From: Promethearchaeota archaeon
GTDB lineage: Archaea; Asgardarchaeota; Lokiarchaeia; Sigyniarchaeales; SOKP01
Assembly: GCA_048939995.1 (NCBI GenBank)
Contig: JBHLOY010000009.1
Location: 1-64,000, forward strand
Direction of reading: 5' to 3'
Length of the DNA stretch: 64,000 nt
Position numbers and translations under genes: made by a program. Position 1 is the first letter of the stretch, and each line of letters opens with the position of its first letter. The notes below the pieces were generated by a model that had not been told where the DNA came from, did no database searches, and saw nothing but the letters and a program-made list of their open reading frames with translations. Below are positions 30,305 to 39,848 of the stretch, in pieces.

Positions 30305-30868
30305 ATGTTTTTTGATAGTTATACAATAGTCATGACAGGTATTGGAGGTCAAGGTTTAATAACCCTATTAGAAATTTTAGGCAGGGCTTTAGTGAATGAA
30401 GGGTATAAAGTTGCTACCTCTGAAACCCATGGTCTTAGCCAGAGAGGGGGAAAAGTCGTGTGTTTTCTTCGTTTCGGTACTAAAATGAGTGCTCCAATAC
30501 CCATAGTGGGATCAGCAGATATAATTATTGCCTTTGAGAAAAATTGCATTGCTGATGTTTTAAAATTTACAAAACCAGACAAAAGTACAATTTTAGTTAT
30601 TTCCACTTATGAGGAAGGTCTCTCAGATAGAACATTATTTAATTCTATTAAGGATTTTTCTAGCCGTATTTATTTTATTCCTATTAATAGCATTTCAAAT
30701 AAGTTAAATTTTGACCTTAAAAAAACTAATATGCTTTTACTAGGTTATATTTTAAGGTTTCTACCCTTAAGTGAAAAGAGTATTGAGCAGACTCTAATAC
30801 AGAGATTTTCGGGAGATAAATTGGCAATAAATGTTGAAATATTAAAAGAAGGAATAAAATTGGAATAA
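30305..30868 (+). CDS. iorB: Indolepyruvate:ferredoxin oxidoreductase beta subunit
   Basis: GIGGQG and SETHGLSQRGG motifs; follows iorA. Confidence 0.93.
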   Translation: MFFDSYTIVMTGIGGQGLITLLEILGRALVNEGYKVATSETHGLSQRGGKVVCFLRFGTKMSAPIPIVGSADIIIAFEKNCIADVLKFTKPDKSTILVISTYEEGLSDRTLFNSIKDFSSRIYFIPINSISNKLNFDLKKTNMLLLGYILRFLPLSEKSIEQTLIQRFSGDKLAINVEILKEGIKLE

Positions 30869-30951
30869 TTTAAAATTTTTAAAAAAGATTAAATACCCTT
30901 ATTTTTATTTAATTACTGTTAAGATAGTTTTCGACAAAATTATCTAGTATA

Positions 30952-31509
30952 TTGGGTTTAAAAAACACAAGTAAGATGTATAACGCCATTTTTAAAGTAG
31001 TCATTGTTGGGGATGCTGGATGTGGTAAGACCACACTAGCAAAGAGATACTTAACTGGTAAATTTTTGCCGGATTCGCAAATGACAATCGGAGTTGATTT
31101 TGAAACTAAGGATATTTATTTAAATGGAATTCACGCAAAGTTGATGGTCTGGGACTTTGCTGGTGAAGAAAGATTTCGATACATGCTACCTAAATATATT
31201 CATGGGGCAATGGGAGGAATTTTACTGTATGACACCACAAATAACACTTCTTTCTCTCATGTATATGATTGGTTATCTGTCATAAAAGAAACCAATGAGA
31301 ACTTTCCAATTTTTTTGGTTGGAAGCAAAATTGATCTCAATTCGCTTCGAAAAATAAGTTATAAAGAAGGGAAAAATTATTATAAATCTAGTGGTTTAGA
31401 TGGATTTATTGAGTGTTCTAGCAAAACTGGAGAAAATGTAGAAAGGGTTTTTGAAAGTTTAACAAAGATGATGTTAAATATTGCCTGTTTGGAATTGAAA
31501 ACAAAGTAA
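30952..31509 (+). CDS. Rab-like small GTPase
   Basis: G1 GDAGCGKT, G2 TIGVDF, G3 WDFAGEERF, G4 GSKID, G5 CSSKTG. Confidence 0.93.
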   Translation: MGLKNTSKMYNAIFKVVIVGDAGCGKTTLAKRYLTGKFLPDSQMTIGVDFETKDIYLNGIHAKLMVWDFAGEERFRYMLPKYIHGAMGGILLYDTTNNTSFSHVYDWLSVIKETNENFPIFLVGSKIDLNSLRKISYKEGKNYYKSSGLDGFIECSSKTGENVERVFESLTKMMLNIACLELKTK

Positions 31510-31521
31510 ATTATGATAGAA

Positions 31522-32781
31522 TCATATGTTATTCTTTATATTTCTTGAGAGATAAATTATAGGGATTAAAAGACCAATTCCAAAAATTATAATGAATCCA
31601 AAAATTGCATAGAGATTTAGTTCTGCAATATATCCCGCAGCAATAGGTAACAATCCAAACCCTAATCCTTTTAATACCTCATTTATAGTTGAATATTTAC
31701 CCTTATTTTGCTCAGCACCATAGTCGATCATAATTTTTAATGAAACTCCTTGAATAAGACCCACATATAAACCGGTAGTGGCACTTATTATCGAAATAAA
31801 AAATAAATCATGAAATAAAATAATTAGTAGAGCGCTTAAAATCACCAAAGTAAGACTAATAAGTACAGATATCTTTCTTGTATGGATTTTCATATAATTA
31901 GTCCAAGTCAAACCAACTAACTGCCCTATTTGCACTGCAAGTTGAATTAAATAAGCATAATAGGAGGGCCCTCCAAAAGCTTTAAGAAAAATAGGGTAAT
32001 TAAATCGAAAGAGAGATTTTGCCATAGTATACCCGATTAATGCCAACCAAGAAAATAAGATAGGAAAAACAATCATCTTATTATTTGATTTTTGTCCTAA
32101 TTTATCTTCTGAATTTATGAAAATAGTAGCATTTTGGTCTGAGGATTTTAAATCTGTGTCTTTTTTAATGAAAAAGGCAAATGGTATTAAAAAAAAAGAA
32201 AGCATCCATGCTAAAAACATTGTAAAATATTCATTTAATGAAAAAGCCCAGAAATATCCGAAGAGAAGTCCAGTAATAAACCCAATATTCCATGAGAAGT
32301 TAAAAGTTCTAAAATTTTTCGTAGATTTTTTTTCATTACTTACACTTTGCCATTTACTTAATAGATTATAGCAATTAGGCCAATATATTCCCAATTGAAT
32401 ACCGCTTATGATACGTATAAATATTAAATAAATTGGATCAAAGTAAATCATCTGAGTCACTAATATAACAGGGGTAGTAATACAAGATAAGATAATAGAA
32501 TTTCGCACACCAAACTTATAGGTAATTAATTGACCAACAATCGGTCCAAGAATGTAAGCAACTGCAGGAGCGGAATTAATATACCCGAAAATACTTTCAC
32601 TTACATTCTGATAAAAATAAATATAGTTTAGAAAAGCTCGTTCAAAAATTGAAATTGAAAATAATCTTATAAAGGAAAGAAGAAATATTGGCCATGCGCG
32701 ATAAGAAATGATAGCATTACATTCAGTAGCAGGTGTTTTAAATGGAATTGGTGGAGAAAATTCTGACAAATCCCGAATCAA
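31522..32781 (-). CDS. MFS transporter
   Basis: About 12 TM segments in two halves; overlaps the upstream lyase stop by 4 nt. Confidence 0.85.
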   Translation of the reverse strand: MIRDLSEFSPPIPFKTPATECNAIISYRAWPIFLLSFIRLFSISIFERAFLNYIYFYQNVSESIFGYINSAPAVAYILGPIVGQLITYKFGVRNSIILSCITTPVILVTQMIYFDPIYLIFIRIISGIQLGIYWPNCYNLLSKWQSVSNEKKSTKNFRTFNFSWNIGFITGLLFGYFWAFSLNEYFTMFLAWMLSFFLIPFAFFIKKDTDLKSSDQNATIFINSEDKLGQKSNNKMIVFPILFSWLALIGYTMAKSLFRFNYPIFLKAFGGPSYYAYLIQLAVQIGQLVGLTWTNYMKIHTRKISVLISLTLVILSALLIILFHDLFFISIISATTGLYVGLIQGVSLKIMIDYGAEQNKGKYSTINEVLKGLGFGLLPIAAGYIAELNLYAIFGFIIIFGIGLLIPIIYLSRNIKNNI

Positions 32782-34115
32782 CTGATTTTATATTGAGTTT
32801 TTAAGAAATTAATAATGAAATTTTTGACTCTACTACGATCAGGTAAACTTGCAATCATCCCATACATAGCGGCTTCACCATCAGAAACCTTCTCTGGATG
32901 TTTACGGACCGCTTCAATTGCATCTTTAAGGTCATTTAAAAATTCATCAATAACGTCTGCATGATGTGGATTAACCATCATATGGAGAGCAGAAGGAAAT
33001 TGGATTCTATCTAAATGCCACCCTCTTTTATCTAATTCGTCTCCTAACTGAAAGATAGAAATTATATCAGAAGTAAAAGAAAACACGCTCATTACAGGTT
33101 CTGCGATAACATAGAGTTCAGGTATGCGATTAATGCCTTCAATTAATTTTTTAGTCGCATCCATTACAATATTAGCTAATTTTAAATAACCATCCATCCC
33201 TAAAGATCTCATAGCGACCCAGGCTGCCGCAATTGCACCTCCAGGCCGTGTTCCACGCATGGTAGTAGATATATATACTCCCCCTGACCAGTCAGTATAC
33301 ACAGAAAATTGATGTTTCCAATATTTATCATTGCGATATAATATAGCGGATGCACCTTTAGCTCCATATCCATATTTATGAATATCAGCAGATATAGAAG
33401 TAACACCAAGTACTGAAAAATCAAAATCTGGTACATTGTAGCCAAGTCTTTTAACAAAAGGCAACATGAAACCTCCAAGGCAACTATCAACATGCATACC
33501 AATACCTTTACTCTGAGCCAGAGTAGCCAATTCTGAGATTGGATCGACAACGCCTCGCGGAAAATCGCATGCTGAACCAACTATTAGAATAGTGTTTTCA
33601 TTTAATGCTTTTTCCATAGCTTCTACATCTGCTCGGTGAGTATCTTTATCTACTGGAATTATTATAGCCTTTACATCAAAATAATCTGCGCCTTTATAAA
33701 ATGCTGGATGTGCTGAGCTAGGTAATAACATTTCTGGATATTTAATCTCAGGAAATTTTTCCCTTGCCCAATCTCTATAAGTTTTGACTGCCATTAGAAT
33801 ACTCTCAGTCCCTCCTGAGGTCAGGCTCCCACAACACCTTTTATCTCCATTAAATAAATCCACAGTCATTGAAACTACTTCAGTTTCAAATTTTTTTAAA
33901 CTTGGAAAAGCTAATGGGCTCAATGCATTTTTCTCGAAAAATAATTGATAACTCCTTTTAAGTAATTCTGTATGTTCATCTGAAGCATGATATACTAAGC
34001 TCCAAACCTTTCCTTCTTTCCAATCTACATCATCTTTCGCAATGGCATTCATTTCATCTATTAGTTTGTTACCAGCTATACCATTTTCAGGTAAGACTAT
34101 TTTTGGTCTAACCAT
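32778..34115 (-). CDS. Sphingosine-1-phosphate lyase-like PLP-dependent enzyme (group II decarboxylase fold)
   Basis: TSGGTESILMA, SAHPAF, HVDSCLGGF, SISADIHKYG (PLP Lys) and WSGGVY..T..GTRPG motifs. Confidence 0.85.
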   Translation of the reverse strand: MVRPKIVLPENGIAGNKLIDEMNAIAKDDVDWKEGKVWSLVYHASDEHTELLKRSYQLFFEKNALSPLAFPSLKKFETEVVSMTVDLFNGDKRCCGSLTSGGTESILMAVKTYRDWAREKFPEIKYPEMLLPSSAHPAFYKGADYFDVKAIIIPVDKDTHRADVEAMEKALNENTILIVGSACDFPRGVVDPISELATLAQSKGIGMHVDSCLGGFMLPFVKRLGYNVPDFDFSVLGVTSISADIHKYGYGAKGASAILYRNDKYWKHQFSVYTDWSGGVYISTTMRGTRPGGAIAAAWVAMRSLGMDGYLKLANIVMDATKKLIEGINRIPELYVIAEPVMSVFSFTSDIISIFQLGDELDKRGWHLDRIQFPSALHMMVNPHHADVIDEFLNDLKDAIEAVRKHPEKVSDGEAAMYGMIASLPDRSRVKNFIINFLKTQYKIS

Positions 34116-34316
34116 TTCGATTCAAAACCTTTTTAATTTTTTGATAGTATTTATTTTTTTATTATTATTAATAAGAATTCAATGTTTCCTTTTGACAAAA
34201 TTATCTATATATTGATTCTTAAATTAAACTTCTATTGAACATCATTAGTTTAAACTACTTAAGATTTAAATCAATTATATATACAAAAGAAAGATTATAG
34301 GTACTCTATAGAAAGA

Positions 34317-35240
34317 GTGATGAATATAAAGAAATTAATTGATAACATTTATAGTATTAATCCTTCTAGCGGTCCCCTTTTTGATAGCTCAAAATATTTA
34401 ATTAACACGAGAGGTGTTGAAGGCCTAGTTTTGATTGATCCTGGTCTTTATATAGAATTTCTTAAAGAGATCAAAGAAGAGGGCTTTTCTTCTAAGAATA
34501 TTAACCATTGCTTAATAACACATGGCCATATAGATCATTTTGGTGCATGTTACAAACTTCAAGAGCTTAATCAAAAAATTAAGTTCTATGCACATGAATT
34601 GGATGCGAACAGTATTGAACTAAAAAATGTGGAAGAAATGAAGGCTAGTTATCCTGGATATGATTATACTCCAATTAAATTAACGAAGAAGATTAAAATT
34701 CAAAATGAAATATTAACCTTTGGGGATTATTCATTTGAATGTATTCATACACCGGGGCATTCACCAGGGGCAGTAGCATATCTTTTAGAGATAGATAAAT
34801 CCAAGATTTTATTTGCTGGAGATATCGCGGGACTTAGTTTAAAAATTTATGGTGGTGACTTTAATGATTATTCTGACTCTATGAAGAGATTGGAAGAATT
34901 AGAAGTTAATATATTATGTGATGGTCATTCAGGTCCCATTAAACCAGCTAAAAAAGTTTCAGAGTATATAAAGGGGTATCTAAAATTAAATGAGCTTATT
35001 CACCTCACAATAGAAGAAGAGGTAACTGATATTAAAATTTGGAATGAACTTGCCTTCGTATTATTTGAATTGAAGGAATATCCTCTCGCATTAGATTTCT
35101 GTAATTATATATTAGAGATTGACCCTAATAATAATGATATGAAGCAACTATTACCAAAAATTAAAGAGTTTGATTTCCCAAAAATTGATTTCATTAAACC
35201 GTTGCTTAAAAAAATTTCATCAGCTAAAAGTAAAAATTAA
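34317..35240 (+). CDS. MBL-fold metallo-hydrolase with C-terminal TPR
   Basis: THGHIDHFG, TPGHSPG, AGD and DGH motifs; TPR W..LA..LF...EY..AL. Confidence 0.9.
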   Translation: MMNIKKLIDNIYSINPSSGPLFDSSKYLINTRGVEGLVLIDPGLYIEFLKEIKEEGFSSKNINHCLITHGHIDHFGACYKLQELNQKIKFYAHELDANSIELKNVEEMKASYPGYDYTPIKLTKKIKIQNEILTFGDYSFECIHTPGHSPGAVAYLLEIDKSKILFAGDIAGLSLKIYGGDFNDYSDSMKRLEELEVNILCDGHSGPIKPAKKVSEYIKGYLKLNELIHLTIEEEVTDIKIWNELAFVLFELKEYPLALDFCNYILEIDPNNNDMKQLLPKIKEFDFPKIDFIKPLLKKISSAKSKN

Positions 35241-35348
35241 GATAGCTCCTCAATTCCTCAAATTGCAGAAAAATATAAAGAATTAAAAAGAAAGTATTTC
35301 TTAGGGTAATTAGGGTAAATTACTAGATTTTTAACAATTTTTAAGAGT

Positions 35349-35729
35349 ATGTCTGAAGAAGAACTTAGAGACCAGATAAATAAAATAGCAAATAAGATTA
35401 TGGTAGTAGAAGAAGGAGCAAAGAAAAAAGAAATATACGTTTTAAACAAGATTAATGAAGAATTTGATGCCAAGATAGGTGAAGTTAAAGGAAATCTAAA
35501 AAGTAATCAAGATAAATTAAAACAGTTAAATGAAACTGTTGAAAAATTAATTTTAGAACAAAAGAGACTAAAAAAAGTAGTAAAAGATTTAGAAAAACAC
35601 GATAAAGAATTAGGGAAAGAGAAAGAAAAAGCTTTAAATCAAAAATTAAAATCCATTTCTAGCGAAAAGAACTCTCGGATGAAAGAAATTAATCGGGAAA
35701 TCCAGATTCTGGAAAAAAAATTAAAGTAA
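35349..35729 (+). CDS. Coiled-coil hypothetical protein
   Basis: K/E-rich heptad pattern. Confidence 0.7.
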   Translation: MSEEELRDQINKIANKIMVVEEGAKKKEIYVLNKINEEFDAKIGEVKGNLKSNQDKLKQLNETVEKLILEQKRLKKVVKDLEKHDKELGKEKEKALNQKLKSISSEKNSRMKEINREIQILEKKLK

Positions 35730-36383
35730 AGACTCTATCCTCTCCTCATTTAAAAAAAATAGAATGGAACGAGAATGCTTTTCTTTATTTATTACTTCAA
35801 TATTTTTAAGTACTTTTAGATACTTACTCACGGTATTTATGTGCATATTTAAATCGGTAGAAATTCGAGTTTTAGAGACTCCTATATTATTTTCTTTCAA
35901 ATAATTAATTATTTTCTGGCTATTTGCTTTATAAATATAATAGAGTTGATGAACCTTTTGCTTATTGATATCTGGCGTGTAATAGATCTCTCGGTTTTCA
36001 ATTTTTTCTTTTTTAATATATCCAAATTTTTGGAGAATATTGAGGTGCCAGACAACAACATGGCTACTAATTTTCAATTTTGATACAATTCTATTAAAAT
36101 GAGTTCCTGGATAATTTAGTATGAATTTATGGATTTTTCTACGTTTATTATTATTTAAGATATCATCATGAGTTAATTTTGAGGCTTTTACAATGAGTTT
36201 TTTTTCTTGTAGTGATTTGAGGATTAATTGAATCCCATAAGTGGTCAATCTTTTTGACTTCTCTCTTAAACGTGATTGGATAATAGGGACAATTTTATCC
36301 ATATCTAAGACTCTATTTTTATTTAAGTAATCCTGAATTATTCCTAACACGGCTTTTTCTAATCCAGCTAACTGTTCCGTCAT
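35721..36383 (-). CDS. Multi-winged-helix transcriptional regulator
   Basis: RRKIH.FI..YPG.HFN.I...L...VVWHL..L plus a second wHTH (HINTVSKYL). Confidence 0.85.
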   Translation of the reverse strand: MTEQLAGLEKAVLGIIQDYLNKNRVLDMDKIVPIIQSRLREKSKRLTTYGIQLILKSLQEKKLIVKASKLTHDDILNNNKRRKIHKFILNYPGTHFNRIVSKLKISSHVVVWHLNILQKFGYIKKEKIENREIYYTPDINKQKVHQLYYIYKANSQKIINYLKENNIGVSKTRISTDLNMHINTVSKYLKVLKNIEVINKEKHSRSILFFLNEERIESLL

Positions 36384-36413
36384 TTTAGAATTGAATCCTT
36401 ATTTTATAAACAA

Positions 36414-37655
36414 TTAATAACCGTTATTTGACTGGTTTTTGTCCTGCATTTCATTTATTATTTTATTGCGTTCCTTTGGGGTTAATGATGACATTTCTCT
36501 GATAAACTCTTCTTTTTCATTAGGGTCCCATTCAAATTTTTCAATGATGGTATAAAAGTCTTCTGTAAATGCGGTAATCTCGACTTTTTTTACTTCAGAC
36601 TTTTTTTCAGTGCTTTTTCTTTTCGAATAAGCGTTCTTCTTGGAGTAAAAGAAATAAATAGGAACCACGATACTAACACTAATCGCTCCAATAATTAAGA
36701 ATACATTTAACAAATACCAAGGGAATTGATCAATATAAAAGATAAATATTCCTTCTAAACCAATTTTCGGATCATGTGAAATATCTGCTCCATGAGGGTA
36801 TATTAAATATATTTTTTGATAATCATTATCATAATCATCCATTCCAAGATTAGTTGCATTTACAGCTTTTAAAAGTCCATCAACTAGTACATTTTGATTC
36901 CAAGAGAATATTCCGATGAATGAGTTATTAAGGGTTGAGACTGCTTTTTCATTAAAGGCATATCCAAATTCTTCATCTTCCGTTTCCTCAATTTCATCAT
37001 AATTTGTTTCTGACTCTAGGCTAATATATAATGCTAGTTTTGATAAAGTATTATTAAAGGGAAAGTTGATATCAAAATCAATCTTTGGTTTAGTTGGAAT
37101 CATCAATGCATCATCTCTTATAACAAATTCTTCTGGAATATAAAGATGCATGGTAAAAATACTGTCACTTGAGTTAATGATGAAATGATGCACAGAGGTT
37201 TGAGCTGTGATAACCTCTTGTTGATATTCTGCCGGATCGAAGCTGTCTAATTCGATTTCTTGTATGTTATTATCAATGGTTGGATCAAATATACCATTAT
37301 CGTTAATATCTACAAATTCAATAAGTTTTCTAATAATAACACTAAACTCTATTTCAAATTCAGCTTCGCTCTCACTAGTATATTCCGATTCGTAGCTCAC
37401 CTCAAATCTTATTCCTTCACTATTATATCTCACTCTTAATTCTATTTCATCTCTTTTTGTTCCCTGTCTTAACAGAGATTGGACTTCAATTTCATTAGAA
37501 GAAAGTGTAATGTCAGTATCTCTCAGATTTAACTCTTCAAAATCGTCATCAACGTGATCGTCATCATCGTCAGAACCTAATACCGAATTTGAATTAAGCA
37601 TTAAAGTAAACACGAATAATAATATAATTCCCGCTATTAGATTCTTTTTTTTCAT
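36414..37655 (-). CDS. Single-pass surface protein with acidic Ca-binding-like motifs and a cytoplasmic helical tail
   Basis: Signal peptide, DDDDDHVDDDFE, EFVDINDNGIFD, HDP, TM segment and an about 75-aa tail. Confidence 0.8.
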   Translation of the reverse strand: MKKKNLIAGIILLFVFTLMLNSNSVLGSDDDDDHVDDDFEELNLRDTDITLSSNEIEVQSLLRQGTKRDEIELRVRYNSEGIRFEVSYESEYTSESEAEFEIEFSVIIRKLIEFVDINDNGIFDPTIDNNIQEIELDSFDPAEYQQEVITAQTSVHHFIINSSDSIFTMHLYIPEEFVIRDDALMIPTKPKIDFDINFPFNNTLSKLALYISLESETNYDEIEETEDEEFGYAFNEKAVSTLNNSFIGIFSWNQNVLVDGLLKAVNATNLGMDDYDNDYQKIYLIYPHGADISHDPKIGLEGIFIFYIDQFPWYLLNVFLIIGAISVSIVVPIYFFYSKKNAYSKRKSTEKKSEVKKVEITAFTEDFYTIIEKFEWDPNEKEEFIREMSSLTPKERNKIINEMQDKNQSNNGY

Positions 37656-37731
37656 GGCTTTTTTAACAAATTATATTCAATTCTAAAATATATTAAAATT
37701 TTGATTAAAATTTAAAAAAAAAATTGAAAAA

Positions 37732-38754
37732 TTATTTTATTCTTCGCTTTCTATAGATAAGGATACTACTAGCACTAATAACTGCAACAACACCTATTAT
37801 AACCCCGATCAACACAAATGGTAACCAATCAGTTCCAGCCTGTATAGAATAAATACTCATTGTTGGGTCATGGTAAATATAATCTCCCCTAGGATAATTA
37901 AGGTAAAATTTCTGCTCACTTTCATCATCATCATCAGTTTCTATTTCACTTGCTAAAACTTGTTTCGAAATTCCATCAATGGTTGCATTTTCCTTCCAAG
38001 TAAAAGCCCCTATAAAATTATTTAGTTCAGTTTTTACACCTGATTCATTGGATGTATATCCATCTTTCTCATCCTCAGTTTCTTCCTGGTATTCATATTC
38101 ACTACTTGAACTAAGTTTAACATATAGAGCTAATTGTGAGTTTCCATTAAGATAGTTGAAATTATTTATCTCAATGTCAATTTTCAAAGAGGTTGGTGCG
38201 ATAAAGGTTCCGTTTACTATTGCAAATTCTTCAACAACGTATAAGTGAGCTGCAAAAGTACCATCAGTACTATTTATAAATATATAGTGTAAGGTTGTAT
38301 CGGTAGATATATTAGATGAAGTGTAAACTGCTGGTTTGAAACTATCTAAAGGAATTTCTTGAATTGTGGTATCAATTAAAGGCTCATAAATACCATTACT
38401 ATTTAGATCAACAAATTCGATTAATTCTCGAAAGTTTGCTTCAAATTCGATTTCAAATTCTGTTTCATTCTCAGCTATGTATTCAGACTCATAGCTAACT
38501 TTAATATCAACGCCATTATTATCGTATTTAACATTTAATTCAATTTGATCAATTGGACCCTCGCGTAATAACGATTCTACCTTAATTTCATCTGATAAAA
38601 GCTCGACTTCAATGTGACGTTTAGTTGATTCTTCATAGTCATCATCAATTCCATCACTGTCTTCATCTGTGGAGGCTGTGACATTTAATGAAGAACTAAA
38701 AGCTACTAATGAAAGTATCATTATCAATAAGAACCCATAATTCCTTATTTTCAT
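37732..38754 (-). CDS. Paralog of 36414..37655 lacking the cytoplasmic tail
   Basis: DEDSDGIDDDYE, EFVDLNSNGIYE, HDP and TM-RKRRIK; collinear with its neighbour. Confidence 0.8.
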   Translation of the reverse strand: MKIRNYGFLLIMILSLVAFSSSLNVTASTDEDSDGIDDDYEESTKRHIEVELLSDEIKVESLLREGPIDQIELNVKYDNNGVDIKVSYESEYIAENETEFEIEFEANFRELIEFVDLNSNGIYEPLIDTTIQEIPLDSFKPAVYTSSNISTDTTLHYIFINSTDGTFAAHLYVVEEFAIVNGTFIAPTSLKIDIEINNFNYLNGNSQLALYVKLSSSSEYEYQEETEDEKDGYTSNESGVKTELNNFIGAFTWKENATIDGISKQVLASEIETDDDDESEQKFYLNYPRGDYIYHDPTMSIYSIQAGTDWLPFVLIGVIIGVVAVISASSILIYRKRRIK

Positions 38755-38806
38755 GTATATATCACTCCATAATGGTAACTAAAATTTTTGATTAGAATTA
38801 TTATGT

Positions 38807-38828
38807 AATAGATTTTTTATCATCTATT
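38807..38828. promoter_or_regulatory. Inverted repeat upstream of the surface-protein/wHTH operon
   Basis: AATAGAT-N8-ATCTATT. Confidence 0.35.
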
Positions 38829-39136
38829 TAAATCGATATTGCATGAAATTGAAGTAGTATTTTTCGTAATCATAGTTTTGATAAGATATTTATGCCAAAC
38901 TTTAGATTAAGGTCTTTTTTATAACTTATACGAAGGAAGAGGATACATCCAGATAGGAAGGGCAAATGCCTCTTAATTATGAGAAAAAGAATTATAAAAG
39001 AAAAGGAATCTTCAAATTTATTAACATTAGGAAGACGAGCATGAAATAAAGAGTTAGTCTTTATTTTAGGAAAATATAAGCATTTATCTAGAAAAAAATA
39101 GATAATATTTATAATCATCAATAAAAGAGGAGAGAG

Positions 39137-39337
39137 ATGACTCAGCAATTTAAAGTTTAAACATATATATTAACCTTAAGGATTTCAAAAAAGGAATATC
39201 ACCCATATGAGGTTGAGGAAATTATCAATAAACATCTTCAAGACGGTTGGAGAGTTGTAAATTGTTAATCAATTTATTTGGGAGGAGTTAATCCTGAAAA
39301 TGGGATGCACTATACTGCATATCTCCATAAAGAATAA
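39137..39337 (+). pseudogene. DUF4177-like small ORF with two in-frame TAA
   Basis: MTQQFKV*TYILTLRISKKEYHPYEVEEIINKHLQDGWRVVNC*SIYLGG...YTAYLHKE*. SD GAGGAG; the IN.hl..GW.VV motif is DUF4177-like. Confidence 0.6.
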
Positions 39338-39659
39338 ATCTAGTAATTAAATAAAAACGTTTTTTTTTTTATTTATTTGGTTTATTAAGCTGGTATTAAT
39401 TATACTATTTTTATTAAATCATTTACCGGATTGAATTATTATCTATTAAATATAAATTCATACTTTTTTATGATTTTTCCATGGAAACATTTCTTTTCTG
39501 CTAAATCTTAGAGCTGTTAAAAGTTTATTCTTAAATAAAGAGAATAGATAAGAACTAGGATTTCTAAGCTAAATGTTTATATTTAAGTTTTGTATATATT
39601 TTTTCATATTTTTACGATTATATAAAAAAAGTAGTGAAACACAGGAAAAGGGAAGGATA

Positions 39660-39779
39660 ATGGCAAAAAAGAAAGCTCCTAAGAAAAAACCAGCACCTAA
39701 GAAAAAAGCAGCCCCCAAAAAGAAACCAGCTCCAAAAAAGAAATAAACTCCTAAAAAGAAAACCGCTGCTAAGAAATAA
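39660..39779 (+). CDS. Histone-H1-tail-like Lys/Ala/Pro repeat peptide; internal TAA at 39744-39746
   Basis: MAKKKAPKKKPAPKKKAAPKKKPAPKKK*TPKKKTAAKK*. TATA-like TTATATAAAA at 39618, SD GGAAGGA, T-tract at 39803-39811; synonymous variation between the 18-bp units. Confidence 0.75.
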
Positions 39780-39848
39780 TACATATGAAAGAATAACTAT
39801 TATTTTTTTTTAACTTTAGTTTTTTAAAGCTTAACGATATAGCATATT

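Noticed and set aside
5701-39779. Genome-wide TAA recoding suggested by four internal TAA codons in three small ORFs
   Set aside because: TAA terminates most intact conserved genes in the window at the expected ends, and one affected ORF also has a frameshift. Decay or error is more parsimonious.
39569-39784. 71-aa minus-strand ORF with FFLGA repeats that looks like a membrane peptide
   Set aside because: It is the antisense shadow of the Lys-rich plus-strand repeat, which has the TATA-like box, SD and terminator.
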